Shown here piece by piece: positions 1 through 9,354 of a stretch of 64,000 bases of DNA. The stretch spans positions 1 to 64,000 of the forward strand of contig JAQBYT010000005.1 of the NCBI GenBank assembly GCA_027622665.1, in the 5' to 3' direction. The notes beneath the pieces were generated by a model that saw only the letters and a program-made list of their open reading frames with translations, made no database searches and had not been told where the DNA came from. Position 1 is the first letter of the stretch. Each line of letters opens with the position of its first letter. The translations under genes were made by a program, and so were the position numbers. Source of the DNA: Verrucomicrobiota bacterium. Lineage in GTDB: Bacteria; Verrucomicrobiota; Verrucomicrobiia; Opitutales; Seribacteraceae.

Positions 1-351
1 GTTCCGGAACTGCCACCGAAAACCCTTCCTAAGGCGGAGGAACCCGAGCCGATTGAGGAAGTTGTGGAAGCTCAACCCGTGGTCGAGGACACCGAAGCTG
101 TTCCACCTTCGCTCTTGCCCGAGATAGTGGAAGAACCTCCCGGGGAATCCGCTGAGGAGGAAGTTCCCGAAGCTGTTCCGGAACCTTCACTGAAAGTCCC
201 ACTTGCTCAACCTGCAGGTACTGTAGAATTGTTGCCTTCGGAGCCTTCTGATATGGGATCTCCACCTGACATCGACGAATCAGAAAATCCCCCTCCGTTA
301 GATCATCACCCTGTAGAGGTTGAAGGAGATGAACCTTCGGCTCCGGCTTGA
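1..351 (+). CDS. Partial (3' end) Pro/Glu-rich hypothetical protein
   Basis: Frame open from base 1 (VPELPPKTLPKAEEPEP...) to TGA at 349-351; low-complexity P/E. Confidence 0.6.
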   Translation, partial: VPELPPKTLPKAEEPEPIEEVVEAQPVVEDTEAVPPSLLPEIVEEPPGESAEEEVPEAVPEPSLKVPLAQPAGTVELLPSEPSDMGSPPDIDESENPPPLDHHPVEVEGDEPSAPA

Positions 352-364
352 GAAAAGATTTCAC

Positions 365-1777
365 ATGCGAGGTATTCTGAAACTTTTGTTAACTTTGTGT
401 TTTATAACTTTTGGAGCGGTCGCTTTAGAGCAACTTTGCTACAGGTTTTCAGAAGTCTATGCAAGTTGGCGGGCTAATTGGGTTTGGAAAGAGGATGATC
501 ACGATGGCATTGCGGCACCGGTGCTTCGGCTTTTGCCATTAAGCCAATGGGCGAACCCTCCTTCCGTTAAGGCGATAATTTCTCCTGAAGCATTGGCGAA
601 AAGAGAGAGTTGGTACGCCGAACAGATTCTTAGCTATACGCGTCCGTTGCGTGATGAATTATACGAAGATTTTCGACGCGGCGATGACTTGCATGATTTT
701 GAAGTTCGGGAGGTAGGTGGAGTAAAAGACATGGCCTTGCCTCGATTGACGAAATTCGCGACTTCCGAAGATGTCGAAAATGGCTATGCGAAGCGGGTCG
801 GAGAGACATTACCCATGGTCAATGCCATCCTTCTTCATATTTTGCCTCCGAAGGGAAAAATGGCGGAAGGTGAATTAAGCTCCCTTCGACATGAACTAGA
901 GGGTCAGTTCGTCTCTTTATTGGAGCGGGGCGTGGGATGTGGAATCATTTATGCCGCCAATGAAGTTGAGCTGATTTCTGCTGTAGAAAAATTGCGATTG
1001 GAGGAGGCGATGCTTTCCGCCCATCTGTTTTCTTGGGCTAGCGGCGAATCTGCACATCATCTTGCTAAAGCCGTGTCCATACGACCTGAATTGTGGACAA
1101 CTGTTGTCTTCGACTCACCAGACGCCGAAAGCTTTTTGGAGGTATCTCCGCCTCTTGAGTGTCCTAAAACGCTTTGTTTAATGCCTTTAATCGAGGGTGA
1201 GCGTCAGGGGGAGTTGTCGAGCAAAATGATCGAGTGGGTTCGTGCGAGTCGACAAAATTCGTCACCTTTTACGGCCCGCATGGGCGGATTGTATCATTTA
1301 TATTCTGCCGAGATCGGCCACTCCCATGCTGAACTAGCGTTCGGTTACGCTTATCTCATTGATTGCCTGAATAATCTTGGTCATAGTGAAGGAGAAGCAA
1401 GCCTTTCGGCTGGGTCGGAACATACCTCGGGCGACGAGTTTTCTGATTATGATTATTTCACCCAAACAAAACCTGATTCCGCGGAGTCGGGCTTTGAGGA
1501 GTTTAAAGGATTGTCTTTCGGGCACACGTTGGTTTCAGCATCGGATGACGACCTTGTTTTTCCGGAGAAACCAGTATCCTTTGATTGCCAAGTATTGCGA
1601 GATTACCGAGCAATGAAGTCGGATGTCGCAGAATTGGAAAATATGGAGGACAAAGATCTAATCCTCATGCTTGGCCATTGGTTTGAAAACAACGGCAAAC
1701 TTGAAGAGATCGGCAAAAAAGATGAAGTTTTCTTGCTCTATTACAAATCATTGCGAGAACTGGAAAGTTCTCCGTGA
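365..1777 (+). CDS. Hypothetical membrane-anchored protein, paralog of 4994..5923
   Basis: Long ORF; ATG 365 (MRGILK) follows the upstream stop; N-terminal hydrophobic segment; shares LSYxRPxRDELYxxF with 4994..5923. Confidence 0.75.
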   Translation: MRGILKLLLTLCFITFGAVALEQLCYRFSEVYASWRANWVWKEDDHDGIAAPVLRLLPLSQWANPPSVKAIISPEALAKRESWYAEQILSYTRPLRDELYEDFRRGDDLHDFEVREVGGVKDMALPRLTKFATSEDVENGYAKRVGETLPMVNAILLHILPPKGKMAEGELSSLRHELEGQFVSLLERGVGCGIIYAANEVELISAVEKLRLEEAMLSAHLFSWASGESAHHLAKAVSIRPELWTTVVFDSPDAESFLEVSPPLECPKTLCLMPLIEGERQGELSSKMIEWVRASRQNSSPFTARMGGLYHLYSAEIGHSHAELAFGYAYLIDCLNNLGHSEGEASLSAGSEHTSGDEFSDYDYFTQTKPDSAESGFEEFKGLSFGHTLVSASDDDLVFPEKPVSFDCQVLRDYRAMKSDVAELENMEDKDLILMLGHWFENNGKLEEIGKKDEVFLLYYKSLRELESSP

Positions 1778-1806
1778 GGTGATGGCATCTTCTTTTCTTT
1801 GAGAAA

Positions 1807-2706
1807 CTAGCTTCCTGTTCCTCTGCCTTTAAAGGTTAATTCGGCGATGCCGGATTTGTCGAGATCCCCTAAGCCCAAGTCGACCATCTTCTGATACTGG
1901 GCGAGGGTGGCCTTGGCCAAGGGAACTGAAATCCCGGCTTCTTCGGCAACTGCGATTGCGATACCCGAGTCCTTCGCTGCATGCTCGGCGGAGAAATAGC
2001 ATTCATGGTCTCTCCCGAGCATATCTTCGGAGTCGGTTTCCAGAACGCGTGAGTTGGCCCCGGTCTGTGAAAAGATTTCGCAAAGCATCTCTAAATCGAG
2101 CCCCAGAGCATCGCCAATGCCCAACCCCTCTGCGAGTGCAGCTGTGTTGATGTTCATGACCATATTCACCAGTGCCTTTACTTGAGCGGCTTTTCCCGCT
2201 TCGCCAACGAAACGTAGGTTGACGCTCAGATCCTCCAGCAAGTCCTTTACGCTCTCGAAGGTTTCCCTTTTACCGCCGATCATCAGGTAGAGGGTGCCTT
2301 CACGAGCTTGCGTAATGCTCGATGCCATACATCCTTCCAGGGTTTCGGCTCCGACTCCTGCTGCGGCTTGCTCGAGTTTAATGTGCATGCCCGGGGAAAG
2401 CGTTGCGCAGTTGATGAATAGCTTTCCTGCTGCGTTATTGAAAAGGTTGTCCGTCTCGCCAAAAAAAATGGACTCCATCGCCGTATCATTAGTTACGACT
2501 GTCAGTATGATGTCCGAAGCAGCAGTAACTTCGGCGAGAGTTTCAGCATGTGCACAACCTAGTTCCTCGGCGAGGGCAGCGGCAGTTTCGCCGATCACGT
2601 CGTTCACGCAACTCAATCGATAGCCCTTGTCTTTTAGGTTTCGGGCCATGTTGGCGCCCATGCGGCCCGCGCCTACTAATCCTATGTTTTTCTCTCTGGA
2701 ACTCAT
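1807..2706 (-). CDS. NAD(P)-dependent oxidoreductase, 3-hydroxyisobutyrate dehydrogenase family
   Basis: IGLVGAGRMGANMARNL Rossmann motif, VKALVN catalytic Lys region, KD motif; start taken at MSSREK. Confidence 0.9.
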   Translation of the reverse strand: MSSREKNIGLVGAGRMGANMARNLKDKGYRLSCVNDVIGETAAALAEELGCAHAETLAEVTAASDIILTVVTNDTAMESIFFGETDNLFNNAAGKLFINCATLSPGMHIKLEQAAAGVGAETLEGCMASSITQAREGTLYLMIGGKRETFESVKDLLEDLSVNLRFVGEAGKAAQVKALVNMVMNINTAALAEGLGIGDALGLDLEMLCEIFSQTGANSRVLETDSEDMLGRDHECYFSAEHAAKDSGIAIAVAEEAGISVPLAKATLAQYQKMVDLGLGDLDKSGIAELTFKGRGTGS

Positions 2707-2895
2707 ATTCAAGAATCCTTTAGTTGTTTGTATTGAGGTGTATAATTCATTTTTATTGATGGCGTGGATGCTGAATTTGTCCAACATATTCTTCATCTGG
2801 CACACCTTTCCGTTTGACAGTTGTCGTGAACCTCTTTCGGTAGAATATCTTCTTTCACATACCTATAAATTCAATCCGTTAACATAATCCAAAAT

Positions 2896-3333
2896 ATGTC
2901 TAAAATCGTACCTCTCATCAGTTCAGGAACAGCAGGTCCTCTTGGCGTTCTCCACCTCCCTCGCCTCTGGCAAAAGGTTTCTCTCGAAGCGGCCGGCAAG
3001 ATAGCCGATGGTTATCCTGGCATCGGAGCCGGCTATGACTCCATGGTCATTAATGGCCTCGGATTGGACGCCGAAGCCGTTCGTTCCTTCATTTCCGACT
3101 CCAAGCCTACCTACCCGCAGTTCGAAGCGTGGGTTAAGGAGCAGCCTGGGGCAACTCTCGATGCTGGAAGCGTGGGTGAATTGAACGCCTCGATCGAAGG
3201 CTACAACCACGACGATGATACGCGCAAAGGCATCCTCTCCGCCAACGGTTTGGACGATGGTGACCCCAAGGACGCAATTAATCTTAATAATCTTGACGAT
3301 TGGCTCGAATTCCACGCGTCAGAGATTGCCTGA
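2896..3333 (+). CDS. DUF5069-like protein
   Basis: GPLGVLHLPRLWQK and C-terminal NLDDW pattern recalled for DUF5069. Confidence 0.7.
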   Translation: MSKIVPLISSGTAGPLGVLHLPRLWQKVSLEAAGKIADGYPGIGAGYDSMVINGLGLDAEAVRSFISDSKPTYPQFEAWVKEQPGATLDAGSVGELNASIEGYNHDDDTRKGILSANGLDDGDPKDAINLNNLDDWLEFHASEIA

Positions 3334-3366
3334 GAAGAACACTTACACACCTTAATTTTCCAACGG

Positions 3367-3399
3367 AGCTGGCTATCTTATACGGATAGCCAGCTTTTT
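3367..3399 (+). terminator. Rho-independent terminator
   Basis: Perfect 11-bp stem AGCTGGCTATC/GATAGCCAGCT, 7-nt loop, then T-run, just after the DUF5069 stop. Confidence 0.85.
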
Positions 3400-3451
3400 C
3401 TTCGTAGCTTGCTTGCTTGTGCATGCCAATGAGTTTAAGTTTCTCTTTTCA

Positions 3452-4060
3452 ATGAATTACTTATTTCAGCAAAGATGCCTTTTTTCGTTGGCTTTCCTCG
3501 TAATTTCTTTTTTTCCGAGTACTATTGCATACGGGATTGATACCGATCCTAACGAAACTGGCATTGCGCATGATAACGGTAACCCGAATGCGGATGACTG
3601 GAATGGCGGTCAAACATACTCTTGGGATTTCACTGTAGCTGATAATTATGTCGCATCCGGTCCGACGGTTAATCACAACTTCGATCAATGGACGATCACC
3701 AGTTTGTCGAATGCTTCAGGTGGACTCACAATTAATATCCGCAATCAATCTTCAGATTTTTCAGGTACTAATGGCGATGACGAGCAATTCCAAGGTTACT
3801 GGTTTAATGATGTTGTGAATGTTACTGGAGGAGAGAGCTTTGATGCTTCGAATATTACTCTTTCAGGAGGCCCTGGCGGCGGATCTTGGATTCCATATGT
3901 TGGAGGTAATAAGTTGAGCATTCGTTACTCGGCCAATTATACAGCGGCACCCGAACCTTCCACTTATTTAATGGTATCCGGATTGCTCGCTTTACCTTTT
4001 TGGCGTGCATGTCGCTCTTTTCGAAAAAGAACTGATTCCGAAGTTTTGGATAAAGCCTGA
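3452..4060 (+). CDS. PEP-CTERM sorting-domain protein
   Basis: Signal peptide, N/D/G/S-rich body, APEPST + hydrophobic helix + basic RSFRKR tail. Confidence 0.85.
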   Translation: MNYLFQQRCLFSLAFLVISFFPSTIAYGIDTDPNETGIAHDNGNPNADDWNGGQTYSWDFTVADNYVASGPTVNHNFDQWTITSLSNASGGLTINIRNQSSDFSGTNGDDEQFQGYWFNDVVNVTGGESFDASNITLSGGPGGGSWIPYVGGNKLSIRYSANYTAAPEPSTYLMVSGLLALPFWRACRSFRKRTDSEVLDKA

Positions 4061-4079
4061 GTCGTACCAAAGCTATTTT

Positions 4080-4901
4080 TCATTCGCCAACTGAAGGTAA
4101 AGACGAGTTTGGTACGGCGAAATCGTCTTGCCACAAACCTTTGAACATTATTGATCCGTTGGCGTCGTAAGCAATGCCAAGGCCATGCCTTTTGCCATGT
4201 TTCCAATGTCCGAGGTATCGTGACCCATCTCCAGTGGTGAAAGATCCTTTTCCGTGGCGAAACCCTTCTTCGATTTCTCCTCTGTAGACCGTGCCGTCTA
4301 CTTTGACGATGCCTATACCGTTTGGTTTATCGTCCCTGAAATCGCCTGCATATTCCTTCCCCTCTGCTAGCAAAAGTTTGCCTCTCCCGTTCCGCTTGCC
4401 GTGCTTAAACTCTCCTTCGTATCGGCTCTCGTCGGGATAAGTCATAATTCCCTGTCCTTCGATTTCGCTAAAATGAAAGTTTCCTTTGTATATTCTGCCA
4501 TCGGCATGCCAATATGTTCCCGTCCCCTCCATCATTCCTTCCTGCCATATTCCTTCGTATGAACTTCCACTCTTCATGTTGATTTTTCCTTGTCCGTGAG
4601 ATTTTCCGTTTAGGTACTCGCCCTCGTATCGATCTCCGTTAGCGAATAAGTTTATGCCGAAACCGTTGGGCTTGCCGTTAATCACATGTCCTTCGTATCG
4701 CGCCCCATTAGGAAAGGTGAAAACCCCTTTGCCGTGAGGGATGCCGTTCAGTCTCTCGCCCTCGTATCCGGGCTTTTGGGCCATCTTGGAATTAGCCGAT
4801 GTTGTGAAAAGAGCACGATCATCATCCCCGCACCCTATTAAATTGATACCCGCGACCGTAACAAGTATTTGAGTTATCCTTTTTATTTGATGATATTTCA
4901 T
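4080..4901 (-). CDS. MORN-repeat lipoprotein
   Basis: Lipobox LIGC; repeated YEGExxxGxxxGxG units. Confidence 0.9.
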   Translation of the reverse strand: MKYHQIKRITQILVTVAGINLIGCGDDDRALFTTSANSKMAQKPGYEGERLNGIPHGKGVFTFPNGARYEGHVINGKPNGFGINLFANGDRYEGEYLNGKSHGQGKINMKSGSSYEGIWQEGMMEGTGTYWHADGRIYKGNFHFSEIEGQGIMTYPDESRYEGEFKHGKRNGRGKLLLAEGKEYAGDFRDDKPNGIGIVKVDGTVYRGEIEEGFRHGKGSFTTGDGSRYLGHWKHGKRHGLGIAYDANGSIMFKGLWQDDFAVPNSSLPSVGE

Positions 4902-4993
4902 TTAATGAAACATGAAAGTTTGCGCGGAGCTCTGTCGGCGTCAAGAGGAACGAGGCATGGGTTCATTATCGCGGCAATCGGCATTCTCGATGC

Positions 4994-5923
4994 ATGAAAC
5001 TTTTTATTGCCATTCTATTCAGTTGCTTCGCTCTCTGGTTTTGCGAACAGACGGCTTACAGGTTTTGGGGTAAATATGCCTCTCTTAAAAATCAGATTCT
5101 CGAATCGTGCCAATTCGATAACAATTGGCTTTATCGTTACGGTTCATGGATACCTTTTGATGCATTTGCTGTTCCACCTGAATTTTCATCTGAAGCCGAA
5201 CCTCTTTCCCTTGAGCAATCCGAAAGCGAATATAGTAAAAATGCGCTAAGCTACCTTCGCCCTTTTCGCGATGAGCTTTATGACTCTTTCTGGACTGGCC
5301 AGATTGGGCTAGCTGATTCCATTGTTAAACTTCCAATCCCGGGTGGGTTTCTTGTTCGCTCCTCCTCCGTTTCCCTAGGGAATGGTCATATCATTTTGAC
5401 TCTTACCAGTCCCAGCGGTCTTTCGATGGGCGGCGATTTTAATGAGTTATCCATTGAATCGTCGAGACTTCTTGATCATGGAGTGGATTGTGCCCTAGCT
5501 TCCGTGAACAATTTTGCCGAAGTTTTGGAAGTAGTTCGTTTTCTCGTCGGCTCGGGTTTGGATGATACTAGAACCGTTGGTGTTTGTGCCTACGGAGAGC
5601 AAGCGGACTTACTTGTGCTTGCGATGGCGCATAGCCCACAACTTTTTACCGCGGTTGCTTTACTCTCTCCAATGGGAGTTGCCCCTATTGATCGTTTGCA
5701 AAAGGCAGAATATCCTGCGGCTCTATTCGCCGCTCGAACTTCCGATGAAGAATCAATAAAATCGAATGCCCTTCTCTGGGCGGGCGCATGCCGCAGGCTT
5801 TCTACTTCAAACAGGTCTCGGATTCTTTGCATGATTGCTCCGCCTATGTGCCAGGAAACCTTTTCGGACCTTAAACTGAAGACTTTAGCCTATGCCTTTC
5901 TGATCGACTCTTTGACTCGATAA
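4994..5923 (+). CDS. Hypothetical protein, paralog of 365..1777, possibly a degenerate alpha/beta-hydrolase fold
   Basis: Shared N-terminal motifs; VGVCAYGEQA..PQLFTAVALLSP resembles a hydrolase elbow region without Ser. Confidence 0.7.
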   Translation: MKLFIAILFSCFALWFCEQTAYRFWGKYASLKNQILESCQFDNNWLYRYGSWIPFDAFAVPPEFSSEAEPLSLEQSESEYSKNALSYLRPFRDELYDSFWTGQIGLADSIVKLPIPGGFLVRSSSVSLGNGHIILTLTSPSGLSMGGDFNELSIESSRLLDHGVDCALASVNNFAEVLEVVRFLVGSGLDDTRTVGVCAYGEQADLLVLAMAHSPQLFTAVALLSPMGVAPIDRLQKAEYPAALFAARTSDEESIKSNALLWAGACRRLSTSNRSRILCMIAPPMCQETFSDLKLKTLAYAFLIDSLTR

Positions 5924-6005
5924 AGAAGCCACTAGCTTCAGATTCCTATGTTATTCAATAATGTGCTCTTGCCAACCCGCGGGCAGTCGTCGTAAGCCTT
6001 CTGAC

Positions 6006-6740
6006 ATGTTTGGAACAATAAAAAACCCAAGTGGAGAAACCCTTGATTATGCCTTTCATGAAGGGGCTCCTAATGCCCGCGATGCTTTTATTATAGGTCA
6101 TGGAGTGACCGGCAACAAGGATAGGCCTTTTGTCGTAGCATTGGCAGAAGCCGTATCGGCGGAAGGAGTGCCCGTATTGCGGTTCTCCTTTGCAGGTAAT
6201 GGTTCTTCGGAAGGAAGTTTTCGGGAATGTACGATTTCCAAGGAAGTCGACGACCTAAAAGCCGTCCTTTCAGCTACTGAGTCGGCAGGTCTTCGAGCAA
6301 CCTATGCCGGACACAGCATGGGCGGGGCCGTTGGTGTGCTTGCCGCTGCGAGTGACAGTCGAATACGCCATCTCATTTCTCTTGCTGGAATGGTGAACAC
6401 GGAAGCATTCTACGATCGCGAATTCGGAGAAGAAACACCCGAATCCGGGTGCATGTGGGAAGATTCTTCATGCCCACTGTCAAAAGTTTTCCTCTACGAC
6501 ATGAAGGCAATTGGAACTACTGCTCCGAAAGCTTCCGAGGTTACAGTACCTTGGCTTTTCGTCCATGGAACCGAAGATGATGTTGTGCCCATTGAAGATT
6601 CCCGAGAAATCTTTGCCCTTGCCAATGAACCGAAAAAACTGGTCGAGATTCCCGGAACGGATCATGTGTTCTCCGAGGATGGCTTGGAGCCAATGACCGA
6701 GGCCGTCATCTCTTGGCTCGGCGATATCCTAAGACATTGA
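6006..6740 (+). CDS. Alpha/beta hydrolase
   Basis: GHG, GHSMGG nucleophile motif, HGTEDDVV, DH triad residues. Confidence 0.9.
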   Translation: MFGTIKNPSGETLDYAFHEGAPNARDAFIIGHGVTGNKDRPFVVALAEAVSAEGVPVLRFSFAGNGSSEGSFRECTISKEVDDLKAVLSATESAGLRATYAGHSMGGAVGVLAAASDSRIRHLISLAGMVNTEAFYDREFGEETPESGCMWEDSSCPLSKVFLYDMKAIGTTAPKASEVTVPWLFVHGTEDDVVPIEDSREIFALANEPKKLVEIPGTDHVFSEDGLEPMTEAVISWLGDILRH

Positions 6741-6849
6741 TTTTTTGTGTTCGGACAATCTGGTCAGGCATTTTCGCCGCCACTCGACCTAGAACCTTTC
6801 GGTCATAAAAGTTCCTAACTCTTGCTGCCCTAGCAAGCAAAGCAACGGT

Positions 6850-7854
6850 TCAACTTGACCGTTTCGTTTCTTTGGCGTTAGACTGCGCATTGGTTTTCGG
6901 GAAACAAGTTTCAAGGCGGTGAATGAGGGCATGGTGATTGGCGAAGAAGGCCTCGGTGAAAGTGTAGCGCCCCGGTTGCTCAATAAAGTAATCGAGGCAA
7001 CCCCAACCCATGTAGCCGTACCAAGTGACTTCGACGTATCCCATCATTTGTCGAACCCCTGCGCTTTCGAGAAAGGCGGCGGCCATGGAGTCGGGACCGT
7101 CTAGATGGCCCATGAGGCAGTTGCCGATTGGCATGTAAACCTTCGGGTTGGGAGAGTTCACGGCGTGTTGCTTACCTGAAAGGTCGGAACCAAAAAGGGT
7201 GCCGTTTTTGCAACGAAAGACACCGTTGCGATATCGAAAGCCTAACTGCAGGTCTCTTTCGGTGGCATGACCCGAGGTGACGAACAAGTCGGGTTTCCCT
7301 TCGTTCAATTCCCTTACGAAGCGAGAAGTGGTATCTTGCGGCAGCTTGATGACCTTTGCATTACCGCCCTGTTGCTTGGTTACGCCGTGTCCTTTTCGCA
7401 GTTCGCAAAACCACTTCCCTTGTTCGCAGCGGTCGAGGGCGATTTCGGTACAGGCCAAGGAGTTGCGGATGACTAGCGAATCGGAGGTATTTGCAACGGT
7501 GAGTGCATTTTCGGCATCGCGGCCAGTAAGGATGCCCCAGAACAAGTCTGTGTAGGGATCGGTATCCAATCGTCTGGTCATGCGGTGAATAGCTTTTACG
7601 AATTCCTTGGAGGTTTCCTCGGGACGGGCGACGAAGCACGCGTACCGAGGAAACGATTCGCGAAGTGCGGGGAGCGATTCCTCAACCGACATTTTATAGT
7701 ATATCACTTCCGCGGAGTGTTTTTCTTTCATTGCGGAAACGACCTTCGCCCATTCCTTGTGCTTTGCGGTTTTCTGAGATACCACTACGCAGTAGTTTGC
7801 AGCGAAAGATACATGAGCCCCTAAGATTAGGGCAATCCAAGCAACTCTTTTCAT
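6850..7854 (-). CDS. Secreted hypothetical protein with caspase/gingipain-like His-Cys dyad, possibly C-terminally truncated
   Basis: Signal peptide; TSGHAT and IGNCLMG motifs. Confidence 0.6.
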   Translation of the reverse strand: MKRVAWIALILGAHVSFAANYCVVVSQKTAKHKEWAKVVSAMKEKHSAEVIYYKMSVEESLPALRESFPRYACFVARPEETSKEFVKAIHRMTRRLDTDPYTDLFWGILTGRDAENALTVANTSDSLVIRNSLACTEIALDRCEQGKWFCELRKGHGVTKQQGGNAKVIKLPQDTTSRFVRELNEGKPDLFVTSGHATERDLQLGFRYRNGVFRCKNGTLFGSDLSGKQHAVNSPNPKVYMPIGNCLMGHLDGPDSMAAAFLESAGVRQMMGYVEVTWYGYMGWGCLDYFIEQPGRYTFTEAFFANHHALIHRLETCFPKTNAQSNAKETKRSS

Positions 7855-7893
7855 TGTTTGAGCATTGGCCCTCTTAGGGCTCGGCTTGTCGGG

Positions 7894-9186
7894 TCAGACG
7901 AATTTTGTTACACCAGGTATCGGCACTCTTGGAGCAGGCAGTGGCTCCTTCCAGTCGAGATGGGGAGGGGTAAGGTCGGTCTTCGAGTTTAAGGCATCTT
8001 CGTAGGTGATCTGCTGTCCCGTATATGCTGCCATGCGACCTAGGATGGCGACCATGGTGCTTTGAGCGGCTATTTCACCGTCGTTGAATGGCTTGCCTTC
8101 CCGAATGGATGCGAAGAGCTCGTTGTGCTCGGTCTGGTACATATCGTTGTTTTCCCCGCGAGAACGCCATGCATTCTCTTTGCCTAGAATGGCGTGTCGA
8201 TTTTTAGCCGAGCAGAAACCTTTGCTTCCGTATACTTCGACTTCGTAACCGCCAACGGTTCCATTTTGCTGGCGCGAATGGTGAAAACCGCGGACGCCGC
8301 CGGTTTCATTCTCCCACTGGTATACGACGGCAAAGTGGTCAAAAATGTTACCATACTTATCGGGATCGTCGTATACTTGTCGACCGCCGGATGCCTCGGC
8401 ATGCGCCGGTGCCTTGTCGCCCATTGCCCATTGCATCATGTCGATGCAGTGCACGGCTTGTTCCACTATGGAATCGCCCGAAAGCCAAAGGTGGGCGTTC
8501 CAGTTGCGTATCTGGGCTTCGAGGTCGCCCCAGCCTTCTTCACGAGGCTTCTTCCACGTTTCACCACCATTGTAGGTGCTGTACATTGCGTTAACGTCGC
8601 CCAATGCGCCATCAAGTATGCGACCGAACACTTCGCGCTTGGGATAGTGGTGCCGCCAGCAAAATCCTGACATGAAAGCAAGTTTCTTTTCCTTTGCCTT
8701 CTTGGCCAACTCAATGACCTTTCGTACGCCCGGGGCATCTACGGCAACCGGTTTTTCGAAGAAGCAGTGAACGCCTTTCTCAATGGCGTACTCGATGTGT
8801 AAAGGGCGAAAATTTGGCGGCGTGGTGAGGATCACGACGTCGATCCCTGAATCGATGACCTTCTTGTAGGCGTCGAAGCCCGTGAAGGTAGTTTCTTCGG
8901 TCACTTGGTATTTGGCGCGTCCCCGTGCCCGCAAGATACGACTGCGTAGCTTGATGCGGTCCTCGAAGAGATCGCCGATTGCGGTAAGGGCGACATTGTC
9001 GTCTGCGAGCATGGCCTGAACGGCTGCTCCACTTCCTCGTCCCCCGATGCCAACCAGTCCGATCTTGAGCGTCTTGTCGTTCTTGGCGGCTCGTGCCACA
9101 TGGGGAGCTGCCAGTAGGGTACCCGCGGAAAGGGCGGAACCTGTCTTGAGGAATTTTCGGCGTGTGGAGTTTGAGAGTTCTTTCAT
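7894..9186 (-). CDS. Tat-exported Gfo/Idh/MocA oxidoreductase
   Basis: TRRKFLK twin-arginine signal; IGLVGIGGRG; EKP motif. Confidence 0.92.
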   Translation of the reverse strand: MKELSNSTRRKFLKTGSALSAGTLLAAPHVARAAKNDKTLKIGLVGIGGRGSGAAVQAMLADDNVALTAIGDLFEDRIKLRSRILRARGRAKYQVTEETTFTGFDAYKKVIDSGIDVVILTTPPNFRPLHIEYAIEKGVHCFFEKPVAVDAPGVRKVIELAKKAKEKKLAFMSGFCWRHHYPKREVFGRILDGALGDVNAMYSTYNGGETWKKPREEGWGDLEAQIRNWNAHLWLSGDSIVEQAVHCIDMMQWAMGDKAPAHAEASGGRQVYDDPDKYGNIFDHFAVVYQWENETGGVRGFHHSRQQNGTVGGYEVEVYGSKGFCSAKNRHAILGKENAWRSRGENNDMYQTEHNELFASIREGKPFNDGEIAAQSTMVAILGRMAAYTGQQITYEDALNSKTDLTPPHLDWKEPLPAPRVPIPGVTKFV

Positions 9187-9354
9187 GTTTCTTAATTACT
9201 AGGAGTTAGCTATTTGCTTGATTAAAAAGTCCAAGTCTAATTGGGAGGTGAATTTTGTTAAGCGGGTTTTGCTCTTCGATGCACTTTTCTTCTTTCAGGA
9301 ACATTGGGTTATGTCGGTTGCGGATCCAGAAATTATTAATATTCATATAAAAGT

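Noticed and set aside
4080..4760. CRISPR-like or DNA tandem repeat
   Set aside because: Periodicity is protein-level MORN repeats; no identical DNA repeats with spacers
6850..6852. Selenocysteine or read-through at the TGA
   Set aside because: Not in a redox-motif context, no SECIS-like hairpin recognised, and the downstream peptide has no clear homology
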